Origin: an uncultured bacterium
Lineage (GTDB): Bacteria; Patescibacteriota; Saccharimonadia; UBA4664; SCTI01
NCBI GenBank assembly: GCA_963721685.1
Contig: CAVRJJ010000005.1
Location: forward strand, 311,367-375,366
DNA length: 64,000 nucleotides
Direction: 5' to 3'
Shown here piece after piece: positions 9,841-19,383 of the stretch; within the stretch, counting starts at the first letter, position 1, and each line of letters starts with the position of its first letter. The notes beneath the pieces are model-generated. The model was given only the letters and a program-made list of their open reading frames with translations, ran no database searches and was not told where the DNA came from. The position numbers and the translations under genes were made by a program.

Positions 9841-11796
9841 CTACTCTCTGGTAACCCGTAAAATCTCTTCGATGGTGGTAAGGCCACGCAGAGATTTGAG
9901 AAAACCGTCTTGCTGCATGGTGAGCATGCCGGATTGGATGGCCTGCTTTTGAATGTCTTCGCTTGTAGCATGGCTGACAATCATTTGCTGAATTTGCGTA
10001 TTCACTTCCAAAACCTCATAAATACCAAGCCGTCCCAGGTAACCGTTGCCGCCGCACTGGTCGCAGCCGTCACTGGCCTTATAGAGAGTGAACTGTCCGT
10101 TTTTTAGCGCCTTAAGCTCGGGGCCGGAAACAAGCTCGGCCGCCGCCGGTGGCGGCTCTTCGGCTATGGGATCCAGCTCCGCAGCCTTTTGTTTCAATAA
10201 TTTGGCATCTTCGGAACTGCGTTCGATGATATTTGGGTCGGAAGCAATTTTATCCAGTATTGATTTGGATTGTCCGATTGGATGCAGGGGCCGCAGCTCT
10301 TTTTTTGCAGGGGGCTTGACTTCTTCCGTCTTGACAGCGATCGCTTTCTGGATATATTTCACAGCACTGACCGTTTCAAAATCCCGGTTTATATCAGCCA
10401 ACACCTGCCCTTCAGGAACGTAGGCGACACGGCATGACGAGCATAGACGGCGCACCAACCGCTGGCCAATGACCGTATTAACGGTTGAAGCAATCAGGAA
10501 GGGCTCAATTTGCATATCGAGCAAGCGCGGCAGGGTGGTGGCGGCATTGTTAGTGTGAAGGGTTGAAAGTACTACATGCCCGGTCAGTGCCGCCTGTACG
10601 GCTAAGTCGGCGGTTTCTCCGTCCCGTACCTCGCCTACCATAATGACATTTGGGTCCTGCCGCAAAAGCGCGCGTAAGCCGCCTGCAAAGGTCATTCCAG
10701 CTTTTGGGTTGACTTGGGTTTGATTGACTCCGGGCACCCGGTACTCCACCGGGTCTTCAACGGTAGAAATATTGATGCCTGGTGTGTTGAGCATGCTGAG
10801 TACGCTGTAGAGAGTAGTAGATTTTCCTGACCCGGTGGGGCCGGTTACTAAAACCATGCCGTGCGGTTTACGAATGCCGCGCTCAATCCGGCCCAGCGCC
10901 TCACCTTCAAATCCTAGTTCCTCGAGCGTTAAGGCACGTACCCCCTCGTCCAAAATACGCATGACGACTTTTTCCCCATCCATAATTGGTAAGGTAGAAA
11001 CCCGCAGGGCCACCGTTTTGGAACCAACGGCAAATTTGAAGCGCCCATCCTGCGGTATTCGGTGTTCATCAATTTTAAGATTAGCTAAAATTTTAATACG
11101 GGATACCACCGCGGCCATAATATTTTTTGGCAATGTCATGGTTTCCCTTAGGACCCCGTCAATTCGAAACCGGACTTGCACCAAGTTTTCGCGCGGTTCG
11201 AGGTGAATATCGGAGGCCCTGGCTTTAACCGCGTACTCCAAGACAATATTCACCGTCTTGGCGATAGGCGCGTCTTCCGCTAAGTCTTTGGCGCTAACTT
11301 CCTGCTGCTTTTCTACTTCATCAGCGCTGCTGTCTTTTATAGCTTTGGTGATTTCACTCGAAATATTGCCTTTGTATTGGTCGATGGCGCTAAGAATATC
11401 GCTGGCCGAGGCAACATAAATGGTAATATCCTGTCCAATTTGCTTGGCAATAAAATCAGCGGCCTGGAAATCTTCAGGGTCGGCCATTGCCAGCTGTAAG
11501 GTAGTGCCATCTTGCCCAAATAAGACAGCTTGGTACTTGCGGGCAATGCGTTCAGGGATTTTGGTGAGAATGTCGTGAGAAATCGCGACATCACGCAAGT
11601 CAACATAGGGGATGTCGACGCTTTTGGCGTAAAGCTTGAGCAAATTTTGCTCGGTAATAAGCTTGCGTTTGAGCACAGTCTGCAGCAAAGGCTCACCGGT
11701 TTGTTCGTGAGCCTCTTCGGCAGCTTGCAGTATCTCCGGCTTAACCTTCTTACTGGCAAGCAGGAGATTTTTTAACTCGGAATCAGATACACGCAT
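9841..11796 (-). CDS. pilB: type IV pilus extension ATPase PilB (GspE family)
   Basis: ASDIHLEP, GPTGSGKSTT, LRQDPNVIMVGEVRD, TGH..LSTLH and two CxxC motifs. Confidence 0.95.
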   Translation of the reverse strand: MRVSDSELKNLLLASKKVKPEILQAAEEAHEQTGEPLLQTVLKRKLITEQNLLKLYAKSVDIPYVDLRDVAISHDILTKIPERIARKYQAVLFGQDGTTLQLAMADPEDFQAADFIAKQIGQDITIYVASASDILSAIDQYKGNISSEITKAIKDSSADEVEKQQEVSAKDLAEDAPIAKTVNIVLEYAVKARASDIHLEPRENLVQVRFRIDGVLRETMTLPKNIMAAVVSRIKILANLKIDEHRIPQDGRFKFAVGSKTVALRVSTLPIMDGEKVVMRILDEGVRALTLEELGFEGEALGRIERGIRKPHGMVLVTGPTGSGKSTTLYSVLSMLNTPGINISTVEDPVEYRVPGVNQTQVNPKAGMTFAGGLRALLRQDPNVIMVGEVRDGETADLAVQAALTGHVVLSTLHTNNAATTLPRLLDMQIEPFLIASTVNTVIGQRLVRRLCSSCRVAYVPEGQVLADINRDFETVSAVKYIQKAIAVKTEEVKPPAKKELRPLHPIGQSKSILDKIASDPNIIERSSEDAKLLKQKAAELDPIAEEPPPAAAELVSGPELKALKNGQFTLYKASDGCDQCGGNGYLGRLGIYEVLEVNTQIQQMIVSHATSEDIQKQAIQSGMLTMQQDGFLKSLRGLTTIEEILRVTRE

Positions 11797-11934
11797 AACA
11801 GGTACATTGTAGCATAAGCGGGATTAAACAGCTGTCAAAGTTTAATCAATAATAAACAGCGCTATAAGAACAATTTAATAGGCTTTTGTCAGACTGGAAG
11901 TATATTACAAACAACCTAAGCGGAGATATACTTA

Positions 11935-13335
11935 ATGCAGAACTTCATCCGTATTGCTTTGGCGCTGGCCTTGTTACCACTAATGGCATCACCTTCCCGG
12001 GCCAGCGCGAATATATTGAAACATCCTTTAATCAGCGAGATTCAGACCGGTACAGCTTTAAGCGCAAGCCAGGAATTTGTTGAGCTTTATAACCCCTCCG
12101 ATTCAGACATCCCTTTATCTGGATGGACTATCGAGTATAAGGCGGCCACCTCGACAAATACTGAGACGAGCTGGAGCAAGAAAGCCGCGCTATCAGGCTC
12201 GATTGCAGCGCAGGGCTTCTATCTTGTAGCTCAAAAAACCTATATTGCCGCGGCAGACGCGGAATGGTCGCCCACCCTGGCATCAAGCGCTGGCCACATT
12301 CGTTTGAAAGATGCTGACGGTATAGTAATTGACCTACTTGGGTATGGTGAAACGAGCAACGGCGCCCGAGGCGCGCCAGCCGCGTCCCCGGCTACCGGCG
12401 CTAGTATTGAACGGCTACCCGGACGGCTTGAGCCGCAATCAGGAAATGGGGTAGATTCAGATAATAACGCTGCTGACTTTATCGTACGGACCGTCCCGGA
12501 GCCACAAGCTACCACCTCTGCCATAGAAGTTCCGGGCGAAGTGCCGGCCGCACCGGAAGCGGATGAGATTGCCGAGGAAGCAGCCGCACCAACGACGTAC
12601 GCCCCTATAAGCATCTCAGAAGCATTAGTTGACCCCCAAACACCGTTAACTGACGCTGAGGATGAATTTATTGAACTTTATAACCCAACCAGTGAGTCAG
12701 TTGACTTGCAGGATTACACGCTCCGAAGCGGCAGTAATTTTAGGGATTACTACAAGATTCCAGGCCTGGTCATTCCAGCCCAAGGCTACACCGTTTTGTA
12801 TGCGCGGGAAACGAAGCTTGGGTTAACAAATGGTGGTGGAGCAGTCCAGCTGGTTGATCCCAGTGGCGAGGTAATCGACCAAACACCCGACTACCCAGCG
12901 GCATTGGCGGGACAATCCTGGGCGGCATTTCCAGAAGGATGGCAATGGACACTTCAGTTAACGCCTGGCCAAGCGAATGTGCTTGCCGCGTTGCCGGTAT
13001 CGGTAGCCACGACCGCTAAACCCAAAGCCACCATCAAAAAAGCAGCTGCAAAGGCTGCGCCCAAAGCTAAAAAAGCAGCTGCACCCAAAGTAGCTAAGCC
13101 TAAAAAACCAAGGAAGGCCAAAATTGTTCCCACATCGTTAGCCGCCTTGCCAATGGCTGCTTCACGGAACCTGCAACCCTCTACCTGGTTGATTATCACA
13201 CTAGCAATCCTTACTATAGGGTATGCTCTCTATGAATTCCGCTACGACATTTATTATCTCTACCGCAAGCTCCGAGGAGACAGTCCAGCTCGGGCGAATG
13301 GCCGGCTTGGCTCTGAAGGGCGGAGACGTGATTGA
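11935..13335 (+). CDS. membrane-anchored protein with two lamin-tail domains
   Basis: Signal peptide; two ISE....EF(V/I)ELYNP repeats; Lys/Ala-rich linker; C-terminal TM. Confidence 0.8.
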   Translation: MQNFIRIALALALLPLMASPSRASANILKHPLISEIQTGTALSASQEFVELYNPSDSDIPLSGWTIEYKAATSTNTETSWSKKAALSGSIAAQGFYLVAQKTYIAAADAEWSPTLASSAGHIRLKDADGIVIDLLGYGETSNGARGAPAASPATGASIERLPGRLEPQSGNGVDSDNNAADFIVRTVPEPQATTSAIEVPGEVPAAPEADEIAEEAAAPTTYAPISISEALVDPQTPLTDAEDEFIELYNPTSESVDLQDYTLRSGSNFRDYYKIPGLVIPAQGYTVLYARETKLGLTNGGGAVQLVDPSGEVIDQTPDYPAALAGQSWAAFPEGWQWTLQLTPGQANVLAALPVSVATTAKPKATIKKAAAKAAPKAKKAAAPKVAKPKKPRKAKIVPTSLAALPMAASRNLQPSTWLIITLAILTIGYALYEFRYDIYYLYRKLRGDSPARANGRLGSEGRRRD

Positions 13336-13723
13336 GCTGAAGGGGGATATTGGCAGCGGAAAAACAACTCTTACAACCGGCATAGCCGCGGGATTAGGCT
13401 TTGAGGGTGACGTACCGAGTCCGACATTTACTTTAAGCCGCACCTATCCTTTAAAAGGTAAGTTAAGCCTACACCATTATGACTTCTACCGTCTCAACGG
13501 ACATGACAGCGTAACTGAAGAGTTAGCCGAGACCCTTAAAGACCCCTTTGCTATAACTGTTATTGAATGGCCCGGCCAAGGAAATGCTAATCTTCCGAAT
13601 CCCCGGCTGCGCATAACGATTAACCGCCTAGCAGACGAAAACCTTCGCGAAATTACATTGGAAAGCCTTAGCGGGGGCGGTGCAGAAGTAATGAGAAAGA
13701 TTGCTTATGATTATCGCTCTTAA
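13232..13723 (+). CDS. tsaE: t6A biosynthesis ATPase TsaE
   Basis: GDIGSGKTT, SPTFTL, HYDFYRL and VIEWP motifs (start 13223 or 13232). Confidence 0.95.
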   Translation: MNSATTFIISTASSEETVQLGRMAGLALKGGDVIELKGDIGSGKTTLTTGIAAGLGFEGDVPSPTFTLSRTYPLKGKLSLHHYDFYRLNGHDSVTEELAETLKDPFAITVIEWPGQGNANLPNPRLRITINRLADENLREITLESLSGGGAEVMRKIAYDYRS

Positions 13724-14102
13724 CACCGCTACCAACACTACAACGCTGGCTTTACATGATGTAAAGGGAAAAGCGGCTGCACAGGATGTTTGGGAATCCG
13801 GGCGCCAGCTTTCCAGCCAACTCCTAAACCATATTGAAGTATTATTACATGCCTACCAGGTGACATGGAGTGATCTCAGCGGCATTATTATCTACAGGGG
13901 CCCAGGTTCATTTACCGGGTTGCGTATTGGCGCAACGGTAGCCAATGCCATCGCATATGCCCAAGCCATTCCTATAGTTGGTGAAATTGGCGAAGCCTGG
14001 GTGGATAACGGTTTAAAGCGCTTGGCGGCTGGCGAAAGCGATGGCCAGGTTGTCCCTCATTATGGCGCCCCAGCCAACATTACCAAACCACGGGGCGCTT
14101 GA
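13707..14102 (+). CDS. tsaB: t6A biosynthesis protein TsaB (short form)
   Basis: IALNTA and GPGSFTGLRIG motifs; directly after tsaE. Confidence 0.9.
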   Translation: MIIALNTATNTTTLALHDVKGKAAAQDVWESGRQLSSQLLNHIEVLLHAYQVTWSDLSGIIIYRGPGSFTGLRIGATVANAIAYAQAIPIVGEIGEAWVDNGLKRLAAGESDGQVVPHYGAPANITKPRGA

Positions 14103-14258
14103 CGGGCTTTTGACGGAGAGGTTTAATGTACTTACTGCTTAATAATAGAACGTGCTGATACCTAGCAGACACCCCTGCACGCTGATACCTGATCTCACAA
14201 GTTAGTTTTGTTCAGTGCTGTTTAAAGTGCCTGCATTTTCAGCGCCTGAGGAGGCGTT

Positions 14259-15776
14259 ATGGAAGTTGCTGTACTAGTCGCTACCCTTGTCGCCGGCATT
14301 GCCGGGGGCTACGGGGGAAGTGTCTATAGTGCTAAAAGAAAAACCAACACTGCTGATGCTAAGGCCAGAAGTGTTGTTAAGGAGGCCCAGGCCAAAGCCC
14401 AGGAGCTAACACTAGCTGCAAAAGAGCAAGCTTTAGCTATCGCTGAAGAAGCTAAAACCGAAGAAAAAGAGCGCCGCAAACAGCTGGCGGAGATTGAAAA
14501 CCGGGTGAGCCAGCGCGAAACAACGCTGGACCGCAAATTGGAGGAACTCGATAAGCGCTCCGAATCCTTACGTAAAAGCGAAACCAGCCTGGAAGAGCTG
14601 AAGGATGACTTGCGCAAAATGCGGGCCAAGCAACAAGAAAATCTGGAGAAAATTGCCAAGCTAAGCAAAGATGATGCTCGTGAAAAATTGATGAAAATGA
14701 TGGAAAAAGATACCCGGGCCGATCTTGTGGGATTGGTAGCTAAGCTGCAGCAAGAGGCGGTTGAGTCAGCGGATGAACAGGCTACCATGATTTTAACAAC
14801 CGCCATGGAACGAATGGCATCCGATCAGGCTAGTGAACGGACGGTAACGACCGTGGCACTTCCAAGCGATGAACTTAAGGGGCGGGTTATTGGCAAAGAG
14901 GGCCGGAATATCCAAACGATTGAACGCCTCACCGGGGTAGATGTGTTGGTTGATGACACCCCCGGGGTAATTGTGCTTTCGAGCTTTGATCCGATTCGTC
15001 GCCAGGTAGCTCGTGTTACTTTGGAGAAGTTGTTGGCCGACGGCCGTATTCATCCTGCCCGGATTGAAGAGGTGGTTGCTAAAGCCCAATCTGAAATTGA
15101 TAAAATTGTAAAAGAAGCCGGTGAAGCGGCCGTAAAAGAAGCTGGAGTTGTCGGCTTGCATCCCGAGCTCATTAAATTACTTGGCCAGTTGCGCTTCCGT
15201 ACTTCCTACAGCCAAAACGTGCTTAAGCACTCCATAGAAATGTCAGCCTTGGCGGCCACGATTGCCAAAGAAGTTGGGGCTGACGTTCGGGTGGTTAAGA
15301 CAGCCGCGTTGCTGCATGACCTTGGTAAAGCGGTAACCCATGAAATTGAAGGCCAACACCATCACATCTCCCGGGATATGGCAGCTAAGTACGGCCAGGA
15401 CGAGGCGGTTTGCCACGCGATTGAGGCCCATCACGACGACATTGATGCCACCACCCCAGAAGCCGTGATAGTAAGGATTGTCGATTCCCTTTCCGGCGGC
15501 CGCCCCGGTGCCCGCGGTGACACCATGGAGAACTACGTAAAGCGCATGACTGAGCTTGAAAACCTAGCTAACACTTTCCCCGGTATCCACAAAAGCTACG
15601 CCGTTTCGGCCGGCCGTGAATTACGTGTTCTCGTAGTGCCGGAAGAAATTGATGACTTGTCGGCCATTAAGCTGGCCCGCGACTTAGCCATTAAGATTGA
15701 GGCCACCCTTAAATATCCAGGCGTTATTAAGGTTAATATCATCCGCGAAACCAGGGCGATCGAGTACGCCAAATAG
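14259..15776 (+). CDS. rny: ribonuclease Y
   Basis: N-terminal TM, coiled coil, KH motif KGRVIGKEGRNI and HD motif LLHDLGK. Confidence 0.97.
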   Translation: MEVAVLVATLVAGIAGGYGGSVYSAKRKTNTADAKARSVVKEAQAKAQELTLAAKEQALAIAEEAKTEEKERRKQLAEIENRVSQRETTLDRKLEELDKRSESLRKSETSLEELKDDLRKMRAKQQENLEKIAKLSKDDAREKLMKMMEKDTRADLVGLVAKLQQEAVESADEQATMILTTAMERMASDQASERTVTTVALPSDELKGRVIGKEGRNIQTIERLTGVDVLVDDTPGVIVLSSFDPIRRQVARVTLEKLLADGRIHPARIEEVVAKAQSEIDKIVKEAGEAAVKEAGVVGLHPELIKLLGQLRFRTSYSQNVLKHSIEMSALAATIAKEVGADVRVVKTAALLHDLGKAVTHEIEGQHHHISRDMAAKYGQDEAVCHAIEAHHDDIDATTPEAVIVRIVDSLSGGRPGARGDTMENYVKRMTELENLANTFPGIHKSYAVSAGRELRVLVVPEEIDDLSAIKLARDLAIKIEATLKYPGVIKVNIIRETRAIEYAK

Positions 15777-15780
15777 TACT

Positions 15781-16572
15781 ATGAACATCCTTTACATTGG
15801 CGATATTACCGGCAAGCTGGGACGGGAAACCGTTAAAGCTGAACTGGCTACCATTAAGCAGGAATACAAGATTGACTTTACCATTGCCCAAGGCGAAAAC
15901 GTTTCTCATGGCAAGGGTCTTCAAGCGAACCATGCCGAAGAATTAATGGCCGCCGGCGTTGATTTTTTTACCGGGGGCAACCATTCCGTTTCCCGCCCCG
16001 ACTTCCTCAAAACCGCTGTAAACGCGATCCGGCCGGCCAACCTTTCCGCCGATGCACCTGGAAGGGGTTGGGCACTTAGCGCAACACCGTTCGGTAAAGT
16101 TCTCATTATTAGCTTACAGGGTCAGATAGTGGGAATGAACGCGGGTCTGCAATTGGCCAACCCGCTGGAGGCAGTTAATCACATTCTGGATGAACATAAA
16201 AGTACTGCCCGCGTGGCCACCATTGTGAATTTCCATGGCGACTTTTCCAGTGAAAAAGTAGTAATAGGGCAGTATTTAGATGGGAAAGTCACGGCAGTTA
16301 TTGGCGACCATTGGCATGTTCCAACGGCCGACGCCCAAGTCTTGCCCGGTGGCACTGCCCATATTACCGATGTCGGCATGACGGGAGCCCTAGACTCGTC
16401 GCTGGGCGTGAAAACAGAGGTTATTATTCAGCGCTGGCTGCGGCCAGACGTCCGCACGGTGAATGAAATGGAAGATGGGGGACGCCGTCAATTTTGCGCG
16501 GTCGTTATGGAGGTTGGCGCTAACGGTTTAGCCACCTCCATCCAGCCGATGCGACGCGTCTTTTCAGCCTAG
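15781..16572 (+). CDS. ymdB: YmdB/TIGR00282 metallophosphoesterase
   Basis: ILYIGDI.G, GEN, TGGNH, HVPTAD and TDVGMTG motifs; follows rny; start at MNILYIG. Confidence 0.92.
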   Translation: MNILYIGDITGKLGRETVKAELATIKQEYKIDFTIAQGENVSHGKGLQANHAEELMAAGVDFFTGGNHSVSRPDFLKTAVNAIRPANLSADAPGRGWALSATPFGKVLIISLQGQIVGMNAGLQLANPLEAVNHILDEHKSTARVATIVNFHGDFSSEKVVIGQYLDGKVTAVIGDHWHVPTADAQVLPGGTAHITDVGMTGALDSSLGVKTEVIIQRWLRPDVRTVNEMEDGGRRQFCAVVMEVGANGLATSIQPMRRVFSA

Positions 16573-16695
16573 TTCTACTTGCGCAATTGGCAATTATCAC
16601 TAAAAAATGCCTGATTTATAGTGGTTTTTCAGCTTGGTGAAGGGGAAAACATTTGCTAGACTAATACTCAAGGATAAGTGAGGATTCAAGGTACC

Positions 16696-16968
16696 ATGAC
16701 CAAGCAAAAACTTATTGAAACTCTAGCTCGTGAAACCCAGCTCAGTAAGCGTGAGGTTGAAAACATGCTGGTAAAATTAACAGGCATTGTCGGAAACACG
16801 ATTAAGCGCGGCGAGAAAGTGTCAATAACCGGCTTTGGTACTTTTGACCTTGGTAAGCGCGCGGCCCGCCGTGGCGTTAACCCGCAGACCGGCGCGGAAA
16901 TTCATATTCCGGAAATGCCAATGCCGCGCTTCCGGGCAGGCAAGCGGCTCAAGGAAGTAGTGCGCTAA
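16696..16968 (+). CDS. hup: HU family DNA-binding protein
   Basis: MTKQKLIE, GFGTF, GVNPQTG and PRFRAGK motifs. Confidence 0.95.
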   Translation: MTKQKLIETLARETQLSKREVENMLVKLTGIVGNTIKRGEKVSITGFGTFDLGKRAARRGVNPQTGAEIHIPEMPMPRFRAGKRLKEVVR

Positions 16969-17005
16969 GCCGGAATTTAAGCTACAATTACCCAGGTATC
17001 GCCGC

Positions 17006-17082
17006 CGGGGTGTGGCGCAGTTGGCTAGCGCGCCTGCTTTGGGAGCAGGAGGTCGAAGGTTCGAGTCCTTTCACCCCGACCA
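17006..17082 (+). tRNA. tRNA-Pro(TGG)
   Basis: Cloverleaf CGGGGTG...CACCCCG-ACCA; anticodon arm CCTGC-TTTGGGA-GCAGG; GTTCGAG T-loop. Confidence 0.97.
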
Positions 17083-17103
17083 TTTGATTTCAGTACGCAT
17101 CAC

Positions 17104-17178
17104 GCGGGTGTCGTATAGTGGCTATTATGTCAGCCTTCCAAGCTGAAAACGCGGGTTCGATTCCCGCCACCCGCTCCA
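17104..17178 (+). tRNA. tRNA-Gly(TCC)
   Basis: GCGGGTG...CACCCGC-TCCA; anticodon arm TCAGC-CTTCCAA-GCTGA. Confidence 0.97.
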
Positions 17179-17190
17179 GCAATCATCCAA

Positions 17191-17739
17191 TTAAAAGTCG
17201 TAGACAAAGAGAGTTTGGCCCAGCTGCCATTTCTCGCCAATCTTAATCACGCGGATTGGTTTACGGTTAGGTAGGGGAAAGTCACAGGAGACCAGTCGGG
17301 AACCTTTAGACAACTCCGCGTCGAATTTTGGTTCAAGCTCTGCCATTTGGCCATGGCTTAGGTAGGTGAAGACCCAGCGGGCTGAATTAAGAGATGCCTT
17401 ATTAATGTCACCGCGCTTGACGCTAGCCCGCGGCATGCGCTGCAAGCTCCAGCGCGCAATTAGCACAACAACCGGATTGATTTCCACCCCAAAAGCCTTA
17501 ACCTTTGCATTTGCCGCCGCGGCTGCTTTTAGGACCCGTCCGTCGCCGCAGCCGAGATCCATAAATGTTCCTGTACCTTTCAGTTCAAGGGCATCAATAA
17601 CCGCCGGAACTGCCCGGGCGGGGAGGGGAATGTACCCGATGCGCCTGCGGGATGCCTGGTAGGCGGCAAAGGTTAGCAGTATAACCAGGGCAACCGTTAA
17701 AACAAGTAATACAATGATGGCCGCCAGGGTTGATAGCAT
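17191..17739 (-). CDS. class I SAM-dependent methyltransferase with N-terminal TM
   Basis: DLGCGDGR, GVEINP and LVSCDF motifs. Confidence 0.88.
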   Translation of the reverse strand: MLSTLAAIIVLLVLTVALVILLTFAAYQASRRRIGYIPLPARAVPAVIDALELKGTGTFMDLGCGDGRVLKAAAAANAKVKAFGVEINPVVVLIARWSLQRMPRASVKRGDINKASLNSARWVFTYLSHGQMAELEPKFDAELSKGSRLVSCDFPLPNRKPIRVIKIGEKWQLGQTLFVYDF

Positions 17740-17780
17740 GGGATTAGTCTAGCATGCTAAACTTACGGGAGTAATATCAT

Positions 17781-17857
17781 GCCCCTGTAGCTCAGCTGGA
17801 TAGAGCAGAGGACTTCTAAGCCTAAGGTCGTAGGTTCGAATCCTACCAGGGGCACCA
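17781..17857 (+). tRNA. tRNA-Arg(TCT)
   Basis: GCCCCTG...CAGGGGC-ACCA; anticodon loop CTTCTAA; GTTCGAAT T-loop; two mismatches in the anticodon stem. Confidence 0.92.
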
Positions 17858-17880
17858 ATAATACTGTAAAATAAGCTGGT

Positions 17881-17974
17881 TAGGTCTCTCGGATTATCCC
17901 GGCCTGATTTTAATGAATCACGACGAGCATTAAAGTTAGCTCGGGGGCTGTAACTTCGGTTATGGCCTCCACCA
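17881..17974 (+). ncRNA. candidate structured ncRNA ending in a tRNA-like minihelix-ACCA
   Basis: Several hairpins with complementary loops; final 12-bp stem with a cUUCGg loop and ACCA end; lies between tRNA-Arg and tRNA-His. Confidence 0.5.
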
Positions 17975-17980
17975 TTTTAT

Positions 17981-18058
17981 GGCGAGATTAGCTCAGTTGG
18001 TTAGAGCGCCGGTTTGTGGTACCGGAGGTCGTGGGTTCAAGCCCCATATCTCGCCCCA
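17981..18058 (+). tRNA. tRNA-His(GTG)
   Basis: G(-1)GCGAGAT...ATCTCGC-C-CCA; anticodon arm CCGGT-TTGTGGT-ACCGG. Confidence 0.97.
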
Positions 18059-18139
18059 AAGTACTTATGCTTACTTATGATCTTATCAAAGAATAAAACA
18101 AAATATGGTACGCTTTAATCAATTACGAAGGGATTATCG

Positions 18140-19339
18140 ATGTCTGATGGCGGTGATGGACGCGAAGATGAAGGTACTGGCGGAGAAGGGGCTAAACACT
18201 TTGAGGGTGCCGATGATTTAGGGCGCCAGCTCGGAGGAGATGTAGGCGATGAAGATGAAGGAGTCGGACACTCAGAACATGTTGGTGATGGTGCAGTCGA
18301 AGACGCAAGCAATGAAGGTCAAGCAGAGGTCAATGAAATAACAAAGTCAAGTGAGAGTGATCGCCTAGATGCAGAGTTTTTGAAAGTCGTATTAGAGCTT
18401 GAACTCAAACACATAAGCGAAGTAAAAGATCTCGCTCGTGATGTGGCAGAAAATAGAGTAGGGGGATCATTTCATACTTGGCAAGATATTTATCAAAGCA
18501 CAAACTGGTTTGCACTTTTAGATAAACGTTCCGGTGAGACTTCGGATATTATCCGTGCGAGGACAGAAAGTAGATACCCTTCAGGTAGGTCTTATGCGAG
18601 TGAAAGGGGTTATGAACCGGATGACCAGTTCCATCCGTTTAACGAAAAAAGATCATATATATCGCCAGATGAAATTAAAGAGCTTGAAGTGGAACATTCC
18701 GAAGTAAGTGTGGATTCTCCCGAGTTTGTTGAGCTGGCTTTTCAAGCAAAGGCCAATAAGACTAGGAAGGAATTTGAGGAACGTATCGAAAGAGCAGAGG
18801 CTCGGGCCGTTCGGCGTGAAGAATGGGCTAAGGCTATACATGACAATCCCGGCGCAGTAGAGTTAATTGGAAGCCCTGGTTATGAGGGCAGTATTGAGTA
18901 TACTAATCCTGCAGAGCTCTGTGTGCGCATGGAAGCCGAGGCCCAAGTAGTTAGAAGGCGTGCGACTATTTTGCGGGATCGTGCACAAGCGATGTCTGTT
19001 CCCGGGGTAAAGTACGATCAAGCTGTTTTTGAAAATGCACTGTATAGTGCCATGAATGCTGAGCATGACCCTGAGGGCGAAGATAACTATGGTGGGTATA
19101 ATGGGCGGCATGCAGAGTATCGGTGGGTAAGGCAGGTTGAAGCAGATTACACCCAGGGAAGACGTCCTGCTCGAGAAACCACTAAGGCACGTATTGATAC
19201 GCTCCTATCCGACGAGGAAGCAAAGATTGGCGATGTAAAAGCATGCTACACCGGACACATCGTATATGAAGCCGAACAGTATGAAAAAGCAGCCGAAGAC
19301 ATTGAGCGCAGGCTTGCTGAGATCAAAACGCCTAGTTAG
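18140..19339 (+). CDS. hypothetical acidic protein (module 1 cargo)
   Basis: 399-aa ORF with a D/E/G-rich N-terminus; no recognised motif. Confidence 0.7.
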   Translation: MSDGGDGREDEGTGGEGAKHFEGADDLGRQLGGDVGDEDEGVGHSEHVGDGAVEDASNEGQAEVNEITKSSESDRLDAEFLKVVLELELKHISEVKDLARDVAENRVGGSFHTWQDIYQSTNWFALLDKRSGETSDIIRARTESRYPSGRSYASERGYEPDDQFHPFNEKRSYISPDEIKELEVEHSEVSVDSPEFVELAFQAKANKTRKEFEERIERAEARAVRREEWAKAIHDNPGAVELIGSPGYEGSIEYTNPAELCVRMEAEAQVVRRRATILRDRAQAMSVPGVKYDQAVFENALYSAMNAEHDPEGEDNYGGYNGRHAEYRWVRQVEADYTQGRRPARETTKARIDTLLSDEEAKIGDVKACYTGHIVYEAEQYEKAAEDIERRLAEIKTPS

Positions 19340-19383
19340 ATTCAGGCCAAATCATCCGAAGACGATGCTCAAAAATCTACGAA

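Noticed and set aside
9840-9980. N-terminal extension of pilC in the ORF track (similarly 15697 for ymdB and 24867 for the GH13)
   Set aside because: These overlap the upstream gene; family-typical starts lie downstream.
13701-14102. tsaB pseudogene
   Set aside because: Short, but the ORF is intact with the core motif and a normal-looking C-terminal P.Y motif.
17943-17974. tmRNA or tRNA-Ala gene
   Set aside because: The GGGGGC and CTCCACCA ends are joined by a tetraloop hairpin, with no D, anticodon or T loop and no tag ORF; kept only as a candidate ncRNA.
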